From Candidatus Latescibacterota bacterium (GTDB taxonomy: Bacteria > Latescibacterota > UBA2968 > UBA8231), in NCBI GenBank assembly GCA_965221775.1, contig CBDCSU010000005.1, positions 384,001 to 448,000 on the forward strand: DNA of 64,000 nucleotides. Reading direction: 5' to 3'. Shown here piece by piece: positions 9,082 through 19,057 of this stretch. A program made the position numbers and the translations under genes. The first letter of the stretch is position 1. Each line of letters starts with the position of its first letter. The notes under the pieces are model-generated. The model was given only the letters and a program-made list of their open reading frames with translations, was not told where the DNA came from and made no database searches.

Positions 9082-10301
9082 GCGGCGACCCATCGGCCTC
9101 GACGGGCCCGGCTCCCGTGGGACTGTGGAGCCGGGCCTTCGTCGTTCTCTGCGGCCTCTCCTTCCTCGGCGGCTTCGCCACCGCCCCGTACCACTCCCTG
9201 CTGCCGGTCTACGTCGACGCCGACCTCGGACGCCTGGCCCTGTTCACCGGGTACCTGCGCGCCGTCGCCCTCGCCCTGGGCGGCATCTTCGCCATCGTCG
9301 CGGGCCGTCTCTGCGACCTGCTGGGCCTCAAGGTCACCCTCCTCCTCGGCCTCGCCGGCAGCGCCGTGACGGGCCTCGTCTTCCACACCGGCGACGTCCT
9401 CCTCCTGACCCTGCTCACCCTCGTGGCGGGGGCCGCCGGCGGCCCCCTGAGCACCTCGGGCCAGAGCTACCTCATCGCCGCCGCCGGCCCGGCGCGCCTG
9501 GGTCTGGGCGGCGCCCTCTACTTCCTCAGCAGCACCCTGGGGCAGTCCGCCGGCAACCTCGCCACGGGACTGGTCAAGGAGGACTGGAGCTTCGGCCAGA
9601 TCGGCACGGCCATGGCCCTGCTCTCGGCGGCGGTGGTCCTGGCGGGGATGCTGCTGCTGCCGTCCACCCCCGTTCGTGAGTCCCGGCGGACGGCTCCCCG
9701 GCTGGCCCTGTGGTCGTCGTACCGGCCCCTGCTGGCGCAGCGGAACGTGCACCTCCTCGTCGGACTGCGGCTGACGATCACCGGCTTCTGGGGCATGGCC
9801 AGCCTGGCCCTGCCCCTGCTCGTGTACCGCGCCAGCGGCTCGGCGGCGACGGCCGCCTTCTACGGGTCCGTGAGCCTCGCCGTGGCCGCTGCCGGGCAGT
9901 TGCTCACCGGCCTGCTGCGGGACCGCTTCGGCCGCACCCGGCCCCTGGTCCTGTCCGCCGCCGGCATCGTCGCCAGCGCCGTGGGCCTGGTCTTCAGCAC
10001 CGGGTCGGTGACGGGTCTGTTCCTCCTCGGCACGGCCCTGTCGACGACGGCCTGGGCGGTCTCGGTCCTGGTGCCCGGCCTCATCGACGAGGTGGCCGCC
10101 GCCGGGGAGCGGAACCGCCTCGTCGGCCTGGGCCACATGGTCTGGAGCGGCGCCATGGTCACCGGCAGTGTCGCCGGGGGCTGGCTGGTGGAGGTCGGGC
10201 CGCATCTCCCCTTCGCCGTCGGCGCCGTCTCCTCGACGGTGGGAGCCTTGTGTCTGTGGCGTCTCTGCGTCCGCCTCGACTCTCTCCGGGCGGCGGGGTA
10301 G
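9078..10301 (+). CDS. MFS transporter
   Basis: About 12 hydrophobic segments; motif A variants GRLCDLLG and GLLRDRFGR. GTG overlaps the upstream stop. Confidence 0.85.
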   Translation: MSGDPSASTGPAPVGLWSRAFVVLCGLSFLGGFATAPYHSLLPVYVDADLGRLALFTGYLRAVALALGGIFAIVAGRLCDLLGLKVTLLLGLAGSAVTGLVFHTGDVLLLTLLTLVAGAAGGPLSTSGQSYLIAAAGPARLGLGGALYFLSSTLGQSAGNLATGLVKEDWSFGQIGTAMALLSAAVVLAGMLLLPSTPVRESRRTAPRLALWSSYRPLLAQRNVHLLVGLRLTITGFWGMASLALPLLVYRASGSAATAAFYGSVSLAVAAAGQLLTGLLRDRFGRTRPLVLSAAGIVASAVGLVFSTGSVTGLFLLGTALSTTAWAVSVLVPGLIDEVAAAGERNRLVGLGHMVWSGAMVTGSVAGGWLVEVGPHLPFAVGAVSSTVGALCLWRLCVRLDSLRAAG

Positions 10302-10307
10302 CGGAGC

Positions 10308-11447
10308 ATGCAACGGCTCAGGCTGCTGCTGGCCTCGGTGGCCCATTTCTGCGTCGACTCGTACGCCACCATGCTGGCGCCCCTGCTGCCGCTGGTGATG
10401 ACCCGTCTCGGCCTCGGCATCGCCGGCGCCGGGTTCCTCGGCACCCTGGTCACCCTGTGCAGCATCACCCAGCCCCTGCTCGGCCTGTGGGGCGACCGCA
10501 TGCAGCGCCGCCGGCTGGTCCTCGGGGGGATGGCCATGACCGCGGTCTTCACCCCCCTCATGGGCATCGCGCCGAGCTACTGGGTCCTCGTGGGGATCCT
10601 CTGGCTCGGCGGCCTCGGGGTCGCCGCCTTCCACCCCCAGGCGTTCTCGCTGGCCGGCGAGCTGTGCGGGCCCCGGCGCGGCTTCGGCCTGGCCCTGTTC
10701 ATCTTCGGCGGCACCCTCGGCCTCGGGGTGACGCCTCTATGGGTGCGGCCCTTCGCCGAGGCCGCGGGGCTGGAGTGGCTGCCCCTGGTGGGCGTGCCCG
10801 GGTTGCTCGTGCTGATCCTGGTCTGGCGGTTCCTGCCCCTCGACAACCCCCAGGCCGCCGCCCGCGAGGCCGGCGGCACGGCCCCCGCCGGCGACGGCGT
10901 CCGCAGGGGCCTGATCCTGATCACCGTCGTCGTCATCCTGCGCTCGGTCACCGGCCTCTGCTTCGGGATCTTCCTGGCCGTCCTCGCCGGAGAGCGGGGC
11001 CTGTCGCCGGAGCAGGGCGACCGCTGGCTGGCGATCTACAACATCTCCGGCGTTGTCGGCGCCCTGCTCTTCGGCTACCTCTCCGACCGCCTCGGCAAGC
11101 GCCCCCTGGTCTGCTTCTCCCTCCTGGCGGCCAGCCCGGCCCTCTTTTTCTTCCTGCAGGCCGAGGGCTTCACCGCCTACCTGCTGCTGGGCGTGGGCGG
11201 CGGCTTCCTGCTGGCCTCCAACTCGATCCTCGTCGCCCTGGCCCAGGAGCTGGCCCCCGGACGCTCGGGGCTCGCCTCCAGCCTCCCCCTCGGCTTCAGT
11301 TGGGGCGTCGCCAGCCTCGCCCTGGGACCGACCGGGTACATCGCCGACCGCGTCGGACTCTCCCTGACCCTCGAGTGGCTCGCCCTGCTGCCCCTGGTGA
11401 CCGCCGTGGCCGCCCTCTTTCTTCCGGACCCCTCGCGGCAGAGGTGA
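10308..11447 (+). CDS. MFS transporter (Fsr-like)
   Basis: HFCVD, QPLLGLWGDR, AAFHPQA, GYLSDRLGKR. Confidence 0.85.
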   Translation: MQRLRLLLASVAHFCVDSYATMLAPLLPLVMTRLGLGIAGAGFLGTLVTLCSITQPLLGLWGDRMQRRRLVLGGMAMTAVFTPLMGIAPSYWVLVGILWLGGLGVAAFHPQAFSLAGELCGPRRGFGLALFIFGGTLGLGVTPLWVRPFAEAAGLEWLPLVGVPGLLVLILVWRFLPLDNPQAAAREAGGTAPAGDGVRRGLILITVVVILRSVTGLCFGIFLAVLAGERGLSPEQGDRWLAIYNISGVVGALLFGYLSDRLGKRPLVCFSLLAASPALFFFLQAEGFTAYLLLGVGGGFLLASNSILVALAQELAPGRSGLASSLPLGFSWGVASLALGPTGYIADRVGLSLTLEWLALLPLVTAVAALFLPDPSRQR

Positions 11448-11478
11448 CGTCCGCGAACCCCAGCGAAGGAGACCGCCC

Positions 11479-12117
11479 TTGTACGAACTCTGGAAACCGA
11501 TCTACACGGCGCTGGCCGCCGATGTCATGGACGCCCTCGGGTACCGGGAGCAGGCCCTCGACCACGGCGTCCGCCCCGCCCATCCCGCCAGCTCCTTCGC
11601 CGGCCCGGCGGTCACCATCGACGCCCACCGCCGCGAGGAGCCCCACGACGATCCCTACGGACACATCTTCGAAGCCTACGACCGCGTCCGCCCCGGGGAC
11701 GTGATCCTGGTGGCCACCAACGGCGAGGTGCGCTCCGGCCTGTGGGGGGAGTTGCTGGCGACGGCCGCCGCCGCCCGCGGCGTCAACGCCGTGGTCACCG
11801 ACGGTCTGGTGCGCGACGTCCGCCAGATGAACGACATGGGCTTCCACTGCTTCTGCCGCGGCTTCTCGCCCCTCGACTCGGCGGGGCGGATCCTGCCCAC
11901 CGGGGTGCAGGTGCCGGTCACCTGCGGCGGCGTCCGCGTCGAGCCCGGGGACTTCGTCCTCGCCGACTACGAGGGGGTGGTCGTCATCCCGGCGGCGATC
12001 CGCGAGCAGGTGCGGACCCGGTGCCTGGAGAAGCTGGAGGGGGAGAACCGCGTGCGCGACGAGCTCGCCTCGGGGCGCTCGCCGCGGGAGGTCTTCGACG
12101 AGTACGGGATCCTCTGA
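11479..12117 (+). CDS. RraA / HMG-CHA aldolase family protein
   Basis: LWGELLA, DGLVRD, VEPGDFVLADYEGVVVIP. TTG start with GGAG RBS. Confidence 0.85.
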   Translation: MYELWKPIYTALAADVMDALGYREQALDHGVRPAHPASSFAGPAVTIDAHRREEPHDDPYGHIFEAYDRVRPGDVILVATNGEVRSGLWGELLATAAAARGVNAVVTDGLVRDVRQMNDMGFHCFCRGFSPLDSAGRILPTGVQVPVTCGGVRVEPGDFVLADYEGVVVIPAAIREQVRTRCLEKLEGENRVRDELASGRSPREVFDEYGIL

Positions 12118-12145
12118 AGCCGGCGATGCCGCCAGCCGCGGTAAC

Positions 12146-13312
12146 TCAGCTCGCCGCCGCCAGGGCCGCCTCGAAATCGGCCCACAGGTCCTCGGCCGCC
12201 TCGATACCCACGGCGACGCGCACGAGGCCGTCGCCGATGCCGAGGGCGCGCCGCCGCTCCGGACTCTGGCCGGCGTGGGAGCTCACCGCGGGCCGGCTCA
12301 CCAGGGTCTCCACCCCACCGAGGCTGGGGGCGTCCACGGCCAGTTCCAGACGGTCGATGAGCCCTTGGGCGGCCCCGGCGCCCCCGAGATCGAAGCTGAG
12401 CACACCCCCGCAGCCGGCGAACCACCGGCGGGCGCGCTCGTGTCCGGGGTGGCCGGCCAGCCCCGGGTAGTGGACGGCGGCCACGGCGGGGTGCGCCTCC
12501 AGCCGCTGCGCCAGGAACAGGGCGTTGCGGTTCTGCTGCTCCACGCGCAGGGCCAGGGTCTTGAGCCCCCGCTGCAGCAGGAAGCAGGCGTGCGGATCGA
12601 GCACCCCGCCGAGGTGGTTCATCTTGTGCGTCACCCGGCGGACCCGCTCCGCCGTGGAGACGACGGCGCCGGCGACGATGTCGGAGTGGCCGTTGAGGTA
12701 CTTCGTGGCGCTGTGCAGCTCGACGTCGAAACCAGCCTCCAGAGACCGGTAGTTCACCGGCGTGGCGAAGGTGTTGTCGATGACGGAGACGATCCCCCGC
12801 TCCCGGCAGAAGGCGGTCACCGCCTCCAGGTCGGCGACCTCCAGGAGGGGGTTGGTCAGGCTCTCCACCAGGAAGGCGCGGGTCTCCGGACGGACGAGGT
12901 TCGCCCATTCCACCGGGTCGTCACCGCCGACGAAGTCGACGTCGATGCCCAGGGCCGGCGCGTCTTCCGTGAGAAAGCTGAGGGTGCCGCCGTAGAGGCA
13001 GTCCTGGGCCAGCAGGTGGGGCCGCTCCCGCCCCGGCTCCGCCTCCAGCAGGGTCAGCAGGGTCGTGGTGATCGCCGCCATGCCGGAGCCCGCCACCACC
13101 GCCGCCTCGCCGCCGCAGATCCCGGCCAGCCGCGCCGCCAGGTCCCGGTGGTTGGGCGAGTTGCTCAGCCGCAGGTAACGGATGTCGTCGTACGAGGCGG
13201 TCTCCTCCGCCTCCCAGGTGGCGCTCTGGAAGACGGGCTGCACCACCGACCCCTCGATCCGGTCGAGGCCGCCGTGGATCAGGCGGGTGCGCAGGTCGCG
13301 GCGGCGGCTCAC
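12146..13312 (-). CDS. PLP-dependent Cys/Met metabolism enzyme (cystathionine gamma-synthase / gamma-lyase family)
   Basis: SGMAAI, ESLTNP, DNTFATP, HSATKYLNGHSD (PLP lysine), SLGGVETL, RVAVGIE. GTG start overlaps the upstream stop. Confidence 0.9.
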   Translation of the reverse strand: MSRRRDLRTRLIHGGLDRIEGSVVQPVFQSATWEAEETASYDDIRYLRLSNSPNHRDLAARLAGICGGEAAVVAGSGMAAITTTLLTLLEAEPGRERPHLLAQDCLYGGTLSFLTEDAPALGIDVDFVGGDDPVEWANLVRPETRAFLVESLTNPLLEVADLEAVTAFCRERGIVSVIDNTFATPVNYRSLEAGFDVELHSATKYLNGHSDIVAGAVVSTAERVRRVTHKMNHLGGVLDPHACFLLQRGLKTLALRVEQQNRNALFLAQRLEAHPAVAAVHYPGLAGHPGHERARRWFAGCGGVLSFDLGGAGAAQGLIDRLELAVDAPSLGGVETLVSRPAVSSHAGQSPERRRALGIGDGLVRVAVGIEAAEDLWADFEAALAAAS

Positions 13313-15444
13313 AGGACGTTGTCGCGCAGCAGCCGCTCGTAGACGGCGACGAAGTCGCCGCGGCCGTTGGAGCGGTTGTAGAAGAAGCAGAACGGGTTCG
13401 GGTTGAGTTCCAGGATCCACCAGGCGCCGGCGTCGTCGCGGATCAGGTCGATGGCGTAGAAGCCGAGATCGATGACGCCGGCCACCTCCCCGGCCAGCCG
13501 CCGCAGCGGCGCCAGCACCTCCTCGCCGGTGACTCGCTCGGCGCGGCCGCCCGGGTGGTGCAGAGGGTTGAGATCCTCCGCCCCCGACTCGTCGCTGGCC
13601 TTGGCGTAGGCCAGCAGCAGCTCCCCCCGGGTGGCCACGGCCCGGTACTCCCGGCCGCTGACGAAGGACTGCACGAGGACGAGGTTGTCGAGGGGGCCGG
13701 CGTTCTCGAAGAGCGACTGCAGCCTCCGGGCCACGCCCTGGGCGTCCGTCTCCAGGTAGACCCCCTGGGAGCCGGAGCCCCGGGCCTTCTTGACGAGCAC
13801 CGGCCAGCCCATCTCCGCGTTGACGGCGGCGGCCATCTCCTCCACGGTCCGGTGCCGCTTGTAGCGGTTGAAGCGGTCGTCGGCGTAGGGGTTGAAGAGC
13901 TGCATCGTGAAGGGCACGGGCAGGCCGGCGGCGGCGAAGAGCTCGTGCTGGTAGCCCTTGTCCTCGGCCACGCGCGCCGCCGCGTAGTCGTTGAAGGGGT
14001 GCTTGTTGCGCACGAACAGGAAGGGACGGCGGCCGCCGTCGAGGCGCACCACGTTGCCGTCCCCCGAGACCGGCCGCGTCCGCAGGCCGAGGCCCTCGCA
14101 GGCGAGGGCGAGGCACTCGAGGCTCTCCGCCGCCGCTTCCTCGCCGATACCCTCCGCCTGAAGGGGCAGGTCGAAGTACTCCCGCCCCCGGGCCGCCAGG
14201 TGCAGGGACCCGGTGACGCAGATGCGGCCGGACTCGCCCGCTTCGGCCAAGGCTCTCTCGAAGGCCTTCCGGCAACTGGGCTCGATCCCGGCCGTCACCC
14301 CCGGCGCCGCTGCGGCCGCACAGGCGGCCAGATCCTCCACCGGCATCGCCTTCGCGTGTCCGGACTCGGTGAGCAGGAACCGAGCCGCCACCGGCTTCAG
14401 CTCTTCGAGGACCTCGTCGGCCGGGTGGTCCTCGTTGACGCCCAGGACGAAGATCCAGTCCCTGCCGGCGCGGGCGAGGTCGGCGGCCAGGGCCGCGGCC
14501 GCGGCCGGGTTGTGGGCGCCGTCGAGGAGCACGCGCGGGTGCTCGCGGGCCATCTCGAAGCGGCCCGGCCACTGGTGGGAAGCCAGCACCCGGCGGGCGC
14601 GCTCCGGTTCGAGGTCGGGGCATACCCGGGCGGCGGCGGCCACCGCGAGGCGGGCGTTGTCCACCCAGCTCCCGGGTCTCGTGTCGGAGGCCTCGGGCGC
14701 CGCCAGGTAGGGGACGGGCTCGCCCTCCCCTTCGAGGCGGAACCCACCGTCGCCGCAGACGATCAGGGGAATGGCCTTCTCACGGGCCCGGCGGCGGACG
14801 AGGTCGAGGACTTCGGGGTCCTGTGCGGCCGTGGTGAACAGGGGCCGGCCGGGACGCGCCACGGGCAGCTTCTCGCCGGCGATGGAGACCAGGTCGTGTC
14901 CGAGAACGGCGCAGTGGTCGAGGGCGACCGGGGTCAGGATGGCGAGGTCGTGGTCCCAGGCGTTGGTGGCGTCGTGGCGCCCGCCGAGGCCGACCTCGAA
15001 GACCGCCGCCTCCACCCCCTCGGAAGCGAAGAGGTGGGCGGCGAGAGCGGTGAGGGCCTCGAAGCGGGAGAACGGCCCGAGTCCCTCGGCCTCGAAGCCG
15101 CGGGTGGCGTCGTGGACGAAGGTGACCGCCTCGGCCCAGCGGTCCTTGTCGAGGAGGCCGCCGTCGACCTGGATGCGCTCGCGCTGGCTGTGCAGATGGG
15201 GGGAGGTGTAGAGCCCGGTGCGGCGGCCGGAGGCCTGGAGCAGCGCCGCCAGCAGGCTGGCCACCGTGCCCTTGCCGTTGGTGCCGGCGACGATGACGCT
15301 GCCGAAGCGCTGCTGCGGATCGCCGCAGCGCCGCAACAGGGCGCGCACCCGGGGCAGGTAGTGCTCCAGGGGCCCCTCGGGCGGCCGTCCCCGCTCCCAG
15401 TCGGGCAGGGTGTCGAGAAATCGCTTTGACCTGGAGTAGTCCAC
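13309..15444 (-). CDS. folC: Folylpolyglutamate/dihydrofolate synthase fused to a C-terminal ATP-grasp ligase domain
   Basis: FolC motifs GTNGKG, YTSPHL, EVGLGGRHDATN, WPGRFE, LDGAHN. ATP-grasp motifs EDKG...GLPVP, WPVLVK..GSGSQGV, VQSFVSGREYR, IDLI..ILELNPNP. Confidence 0.8.
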   Translation of the reverse strand: MDYSRSKRFLDTLPDWERGRPPEGPLEHYLPRVRALLRRCGDPQQRFGSVIVAGTNGKGTVASLLAALLQASGRRTGLYTSPHLHSQRERIQVDGGLLDKDRWAEAVTFVHDATRGFEAEGLGPFSRFEALTALAAHLFASEGVEAAVFEVGLGGRHDATNAWDHDLAILTPVALDHCAVLGHDLVSIAGEKLPVARPGRPLFTTAAQDPEVLDLVRRRAREKAIPLIVCGDGGFRLEGEGEPVPYLAAPEASDTRPGSWVDNARLAVAAAARVCPDLEPERARRVLASHQWPGRFEMAREHPRVLLDGAHNPAAAAALAADLARAGRDWIFVLGVNEDHPADEVLEELKPVAARFLLTESGHAKAMPVEDLAACAAAAAPGVTAGIEPSCRKAFERALAEAGESGRICVTGSLHLAARGREYFDLPLQAEGIGEEAAAESLECLALACEGLGLRTRPVSGDGNVVRLDGGRRPFLFVRNKHPFNDYAAARVAEDKGYQHELFAAAGLPVPFTMQLFNPYADDRFNRYKRHRTVEEMAAAVNAEMGWPVLVKKARGSGSQGVYLETDAQGVARRLQSLFENAGPLDNLVLVQSFVSGREYRAVATRGELLLAYAKASDESGAEDLNPLHHPGGRAERVTGEEVLAPLRRLAGEVAGVIDLGFYAIDLIRDDAGAWWILELNPNPFCFFYNRSNGRGDFVAVYERLLRDNVL

Positions 15445-15486
15445 GACTCCCGATCCCGTGCCCGGCCGGCGGCGCCGCGAGGGCGG

Positions 15487-16560
15487 TCAGCCGCCGCGGG
15501 TGTGCATCTCGCGGTGAGGGTCCTGGCGCAGCTCGTCGATCTGGTAGAGGGCGCCCCGCACCGGCGCGCGGACACGCTCCTCGGCGCCGCGGTCCCGCCG
15601 CCGGGACCAGCCCTCGGCGATCCGTTGCGATAGCTCGCCGGCCGGGACCCCGCGGCGCACCGGCTCGCGCAGGTCGATGCCGTCGCGGGCGTAGAGGCAC
15701 AGGTACCAGAGCCCGTCCGCCGTCAGCCGGCTGCGGTCGCAGCTGCCGCAGAAGGGGCTCGTCGTCGACGAGATGATACCGAAACGCTCGCCCCCGGGAA
15801 GGCGGAAGCTCTCCGCCGGGGCGTTGCCCCGCCCCCCCTCGGCCGAGGCCGGTCCGTAGTGGCCCTGCAGGCGGTCCAGGATCTCCTCGCGGGAGTAGAC
15901 CCGCTCCGGCTGCCAGAGGGTGGCGCCGCCCACGTCCATGTACTCGATGAAGCGGACCTCGGCGCCCAGGCGGCTGCCGAAGCCGACCAGGTCGACGATC
16001 TCGTCGTCGTTGAAGTCGCGCATGACCACGGTGTTGATCTTCAGCGACTCGAAGCCGGCGGCGGCGGAGGCCTCGATGCCGGCGATCACGTCGTCGAGGG
16101 CGGCCCTCCGCGTCAGGGTCTCGAAGCGCGCCGGCTTGAGGGAGTCGAGGCTGACCGTGACCCGGCGCAGCCCGGCCTCGCGCAGGGCCCGCGCGTGGCG
16201 GGCCAGCTGCGTGGCGTTGGTGGTGAGGGCGATGTCGTCCAGACCGCGCTCGTCGAGGCCAGCGATCAGGTCGGGGAGGCGGGCCCGCAGCAGCGGCTCG
16301 CCGCCGGTCAGGCGGACCCGCCGCACGCCGTTGGCGGCGAAGGCGTCCACCAGGACCAGGATCTCGTCGAAGGTCAGGATGTCCGCCTTGGGCAGCCAGG
16401 TGTACTCGTCCTCGGGCATGCAGTAGGCGCAGCGCAGGTCGCAGCGGTCGATGACCGAGATCCGCAGCGACTGCAGGGGCCGGCCGTAGACGTCGGCCGC
16501 GGCCTCGCGCACGGTGCCGGGAAGGCTGGGAGAGGGGGCGGTCACAAGGTTGCAGAACAT
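15487..16560 (-). CDS. moaA: GTP 3',8-cyclase (molybdenum cofactor biosynthesis)
   Basis: RISVIDRCDLRCAYCMP radical SAM motif, TGGEPLLR, FCGSCDRSRLTADG, C-terminal GG. Start 16560 or 16545. Confidence 0.93.
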   Translation of the reverse strand: MFCNLVTAPSPSLPGTVREAAADVYGRPLQSLRISVIDRCDLRCAYCMPEDEYTWLPKADILTFDEILVLVDAFAANGVRRVRLTGGEPLLRARLPDLIAGLDERGLDDIALTTNATQLARHARALREAGLRRVTVSLDSLKPARFETLTRRAALDDVIAGIEASAAAGFESLKINTVVMRDFNDDEIVDLVGFGSRLGAEVRFIEYMDVGGATLWQPERVYSREEILDRLQGHYGPASAEGGRGNAPAESFRLPGGERFGIISSTTSPFCGSCDRSRLTADGLWYLCLYARDGIDLREPVRRGVPAGELSQRIAEGWSRRRDRGAEERVRAPVRGALYQIDELRQDPHREMHTRGG

Positions 16561-16649
16561 ACGGGCGAGGCCTGCGGTCCGCAATCGGCGGAAGGTTGGA
16601 AGTCCAAGCCCATCAGTCAGTTACGATCGCTCGGCAGAAGCCCGCCGCC

Positions 16650-16678
16650 TTGCTCCGCAGCCGTCTCCGGGGTAACTT
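16650..16678 (+). promoter_or_regulatory. Putative leaderless sigma70 promoter of the coxD-like gene
   Basis: TTGCTC-N17-TAACTT, 7 nt before ATG 16686, no SD. Confidence 0.5.
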
Positions 16679-16685
16679 GGCCCCC

Positions 16686-17612
16686 ATGCCGAGCCCGGAG
16701 ACCGAAGGCCTGCAGCGCCAGCTGTCGGACCGCGGATACATCGCCGGCGCCGACATCTGCCTGTCCCTGCACCTGGCGCGGGAGCTGCGCAAGCCGCTGC
16801 TGGTGGAGGGGCCCGCCGGCGTCGGCAAGACCGAGATCGCCAAGGTCCTGGCCGACCTCCTCGGCACCGATCTGATCCGCCTCCAGTGCTACGAGGGCCT
16901 CGACACCAGCACCGCCCTCTACGAGTGGAACTACCAGCGCCAGCTGCTGCAGATCCGCATGGAGGAGCAGGGCGAGCGCTCCCTCGAGCAGCGCGAGGCC
17001 CACATCTTCTCCGAGCCCTTCCTGCTCAAGCGGCCCCTGCTGCAGGCGATCACCCACCACCGGGCGCCGGTGCTCCTCATCGACGAGCTCGACCGCGCCG
17101 ACGAGGAGTTCGAGAGCTTCCTCCTCGAGCTGCTCTCGGACTGGCAGATCACGATCCCGGAGCTGGGGACGATCCGGGCCACGCACGTGCCCCACGTGGT
17201 GGTCACGGGCAACCGCACCCGCGAGCTCTCCGACGCCCTGCGCCGGCGCTGCTTCTACCTGTGGATCGACTATCCCGACTTCGACAAGGAGCTGGCCATC
17301 GTCGGCGCCCGCGTCGACGGCATCGACGCCGACCTGGCGGCGCAGATCTGCCGCTTCATGGCCGGCGCCCGCCGCCAGCAGCTGGAGAAGCCCCCCGGCG
17401 TGGCCGAGACCCTCGACTGGGCGCGGGCCCTGGTGGCCCTGCACCGCCGCCACCTCGACGCCGCCACCATCGAGGAAACCCTCGGCCTCGTGTTCAAGGA
17501 CTACCACGACGTGACCCACGTGAAGCAGTCCCTGGCCGAGTTCCTGGAAAGCGTCGGGGTCCGCCCGGCCCCGGCCCCCGGCGCCGCGGCCTCCGATGCC
17601 GCCGGCTCCTGA
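16686..17612 (+). CDS. coxD: MoxR-family AAA+ ATPase (CoxD-like)
   Basis: EGPAGVGKTE, RLQCYEGLD, LYEWNY, LIDELDRAD, ALRRRC. Confidence 0.85.
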   Translation: MPSPETEGLQRQLSDRGYIAGADICLSLHLARELRKPLLVEGPAGVGKTEIAKVLADLLGTDLIRLQCYEGLDTSTALYEWNYQRQLLQIRMEEQGERSLEQREAHIFSEPFLLKRPLLQAITHHRAPVLLIDELDRADEEFESFLLELLSDWQITIPELGTIRATHVPHVVVTGNRTRELSDALRRRCFYLWIDYPDFDKELAIVGARVDGIDADLAAQICRFMAGARRQQLEKPPGVAETLDWARALVALHRRHLDAATIEETLGLVFKDYHDVTHVKQSLAEFLESVGVRPAPAPGAAASDAAGS

Positions 17613-18939
17613 CACGCCCTCCCCGGGCTCCTTCCCCGACGACCTCGCCCTCCACGGCGCCCTGAGCGCCAACGTCGTCGGCTTCTGCCGCCACCTCCGC
17701 GACCGCGGCCTCGGGCTGGGTCCGGCCGAGGCCGCCGACGCCCTCGCCGCCCTCGGACTCGTCGACATCGGCCGCGAGAGCCGGTTCCGCCTCGCCCTGC
17801 GCACCTGCCTGGCCAAGAGCGTCAGGGAGCAGCAGCTCTTCGACGACTGCTTCGACCGCTACTGGCGGGTCTGGGACCGGGCCGGCGAGCTGAACCGGCC
17901 GGCGCCCGACCCCGAGGCCGGGAGCCCGGGCCGCGACCGCTCGCAGCCGGTGCAGATGAGCCTGAGGGAGTGGCTGAGCGCCGGCGACGGGGAGGAGGCG
18001 GAGGAGCAGGAGGAGACCGCGGGCTACAGCGCCGGCGAGGTGATCACCCACCGCGACTTCGCCGGCCTGCGGCCCGACGAGCTGGAGGAGATGGGCCGCG
18101 TCGTGGAGGAGCTGGCCCGGGCCCTGGCGCGGCGGCTCAGCCGCCGCTACCGGCAGCTCGGCGGGCGGGGCCGCCTCGACCTGCGCCGCACCCTGCGCGC
18201 CAACCTGCGCCGCGGCGGCGAGTTGGTCGACCTGGCCTTCCGCTCGCGGCGTCCGCAGAAGCTCAAGCTCGTCGTCCTGTGCGACGTGAGCCGCTCCATG
18301 GACCTCTACAGCCGCTTCCTGCTGCAGTTCCTCTACGCCTTCGCCGCCGCCTACCGCCGCCTGGAGATCTTCGGCTTCAGCACCAGCCTGCGGCGCCTGA
18401 CGCCGGCCCTGCGCGAGGGCGAGTGGGACCGCGTCCTGCGGGGGTTGTCCCGGGAGATGCCGGAGTGGTCGGGCGGCACCCGCATCGGCGCCTGCTTCGC
18501 GAGCTTCGCCGACGCCTGGGCCGAGAGCTTGGTGGACCGGCGCACGGCCGTCATCGTCCTCAGCGACGGCTGGGACACGGGGGAGGCGGAGTTGCTGTCG
18601 TCGTCCCTGTCCCGCATCCGCCGCCGCGCCTTCGCCGTGCTCTGGCTGAACCCGCTGATGGGCAACCCGGGATTCCGCCCCGAGACGGCGGGCCTGCTTG
18701 CGGCCCTGCCCCACGTGGACCTGCTGGCGCCGGCCCACAACGCGGCGGCCCTGCGCGACCTGGCCCGCGGCCTCGGCCGGCTGGAGCGCGGGGGCGTGAG
18801 ACGCAGACCCTGGGCAGGACGCGCTGGACCGGAGCCGGAGAGCGATCCCCCGCCCCCGGCGCCTGACCCCGACGCCCCGAGCTCGGCGAGGAACCTGCGG
18901 GCCCTCGCCGAGGAACGCGCCGCCCGCCGGAAGGGCTGA
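17596..18939 (+). CDS. coxE: VWA domain protein (CoxE-like)
   Basis: LCDVSRSM MIDAS, WSGGTRIG, LSDGWD, WLNPL. Confidence 0.85.
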   Translation: MPPAPDTPSPGSFPDDLALHGALSANVVGFCRHLRDRGLGLGPAEAADALAALGLVDIGRESRFRLALRTCLAKSVREQQLFDDCFDRYWRVWDRAGELNRPAPDPEAGSPGRDRSQPVQMSLREWLSAGDGEEAEEQEETAGYSAGEVITHRDFAGLRPDELEEMGRVVEELARALARRLSRRYRQLGGRGRLDLRRTLRANLRRGGELVDLAFRSRRPQKLKLVVLCDVSRSMDLYSRFLLQFLYAFAAAYRRLEIFGFSTSLRRLTPALREGEWDRVLRGLSREMPEWSGGTRIGACFASFADAWAESLVDRRTAVIVLSDGWDTGEAELLSSSLSRIRRRAFAVLWLNPLMGNPGFRPETAGLLAALPHVDLLAPAHNAAALRDLARGLGRLERGGVRRRPWAGRAGPEPESDPPPPAPDPDAPSSARNLRALAEERAARRKG

Positions 18940-19057
18940 GGCCGCCGTCAGGGCCGCGAGCCGGGAGAGGCCGCGCGCTCCCGCCGAAGAAGGGTGCCGC
19001 CCGAAGACCTGCCCGCTCCCGATGGCAGAGTTGGCCGGCCGTCGAAGGTCCCGGACC

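Noticed and set aside
13309-15444. Cyanophycin synthetase
   Set aside because: Domain order is reversed, the Mur-type domain has FolC-specific motifs, and no cyanophycinase is nearby.
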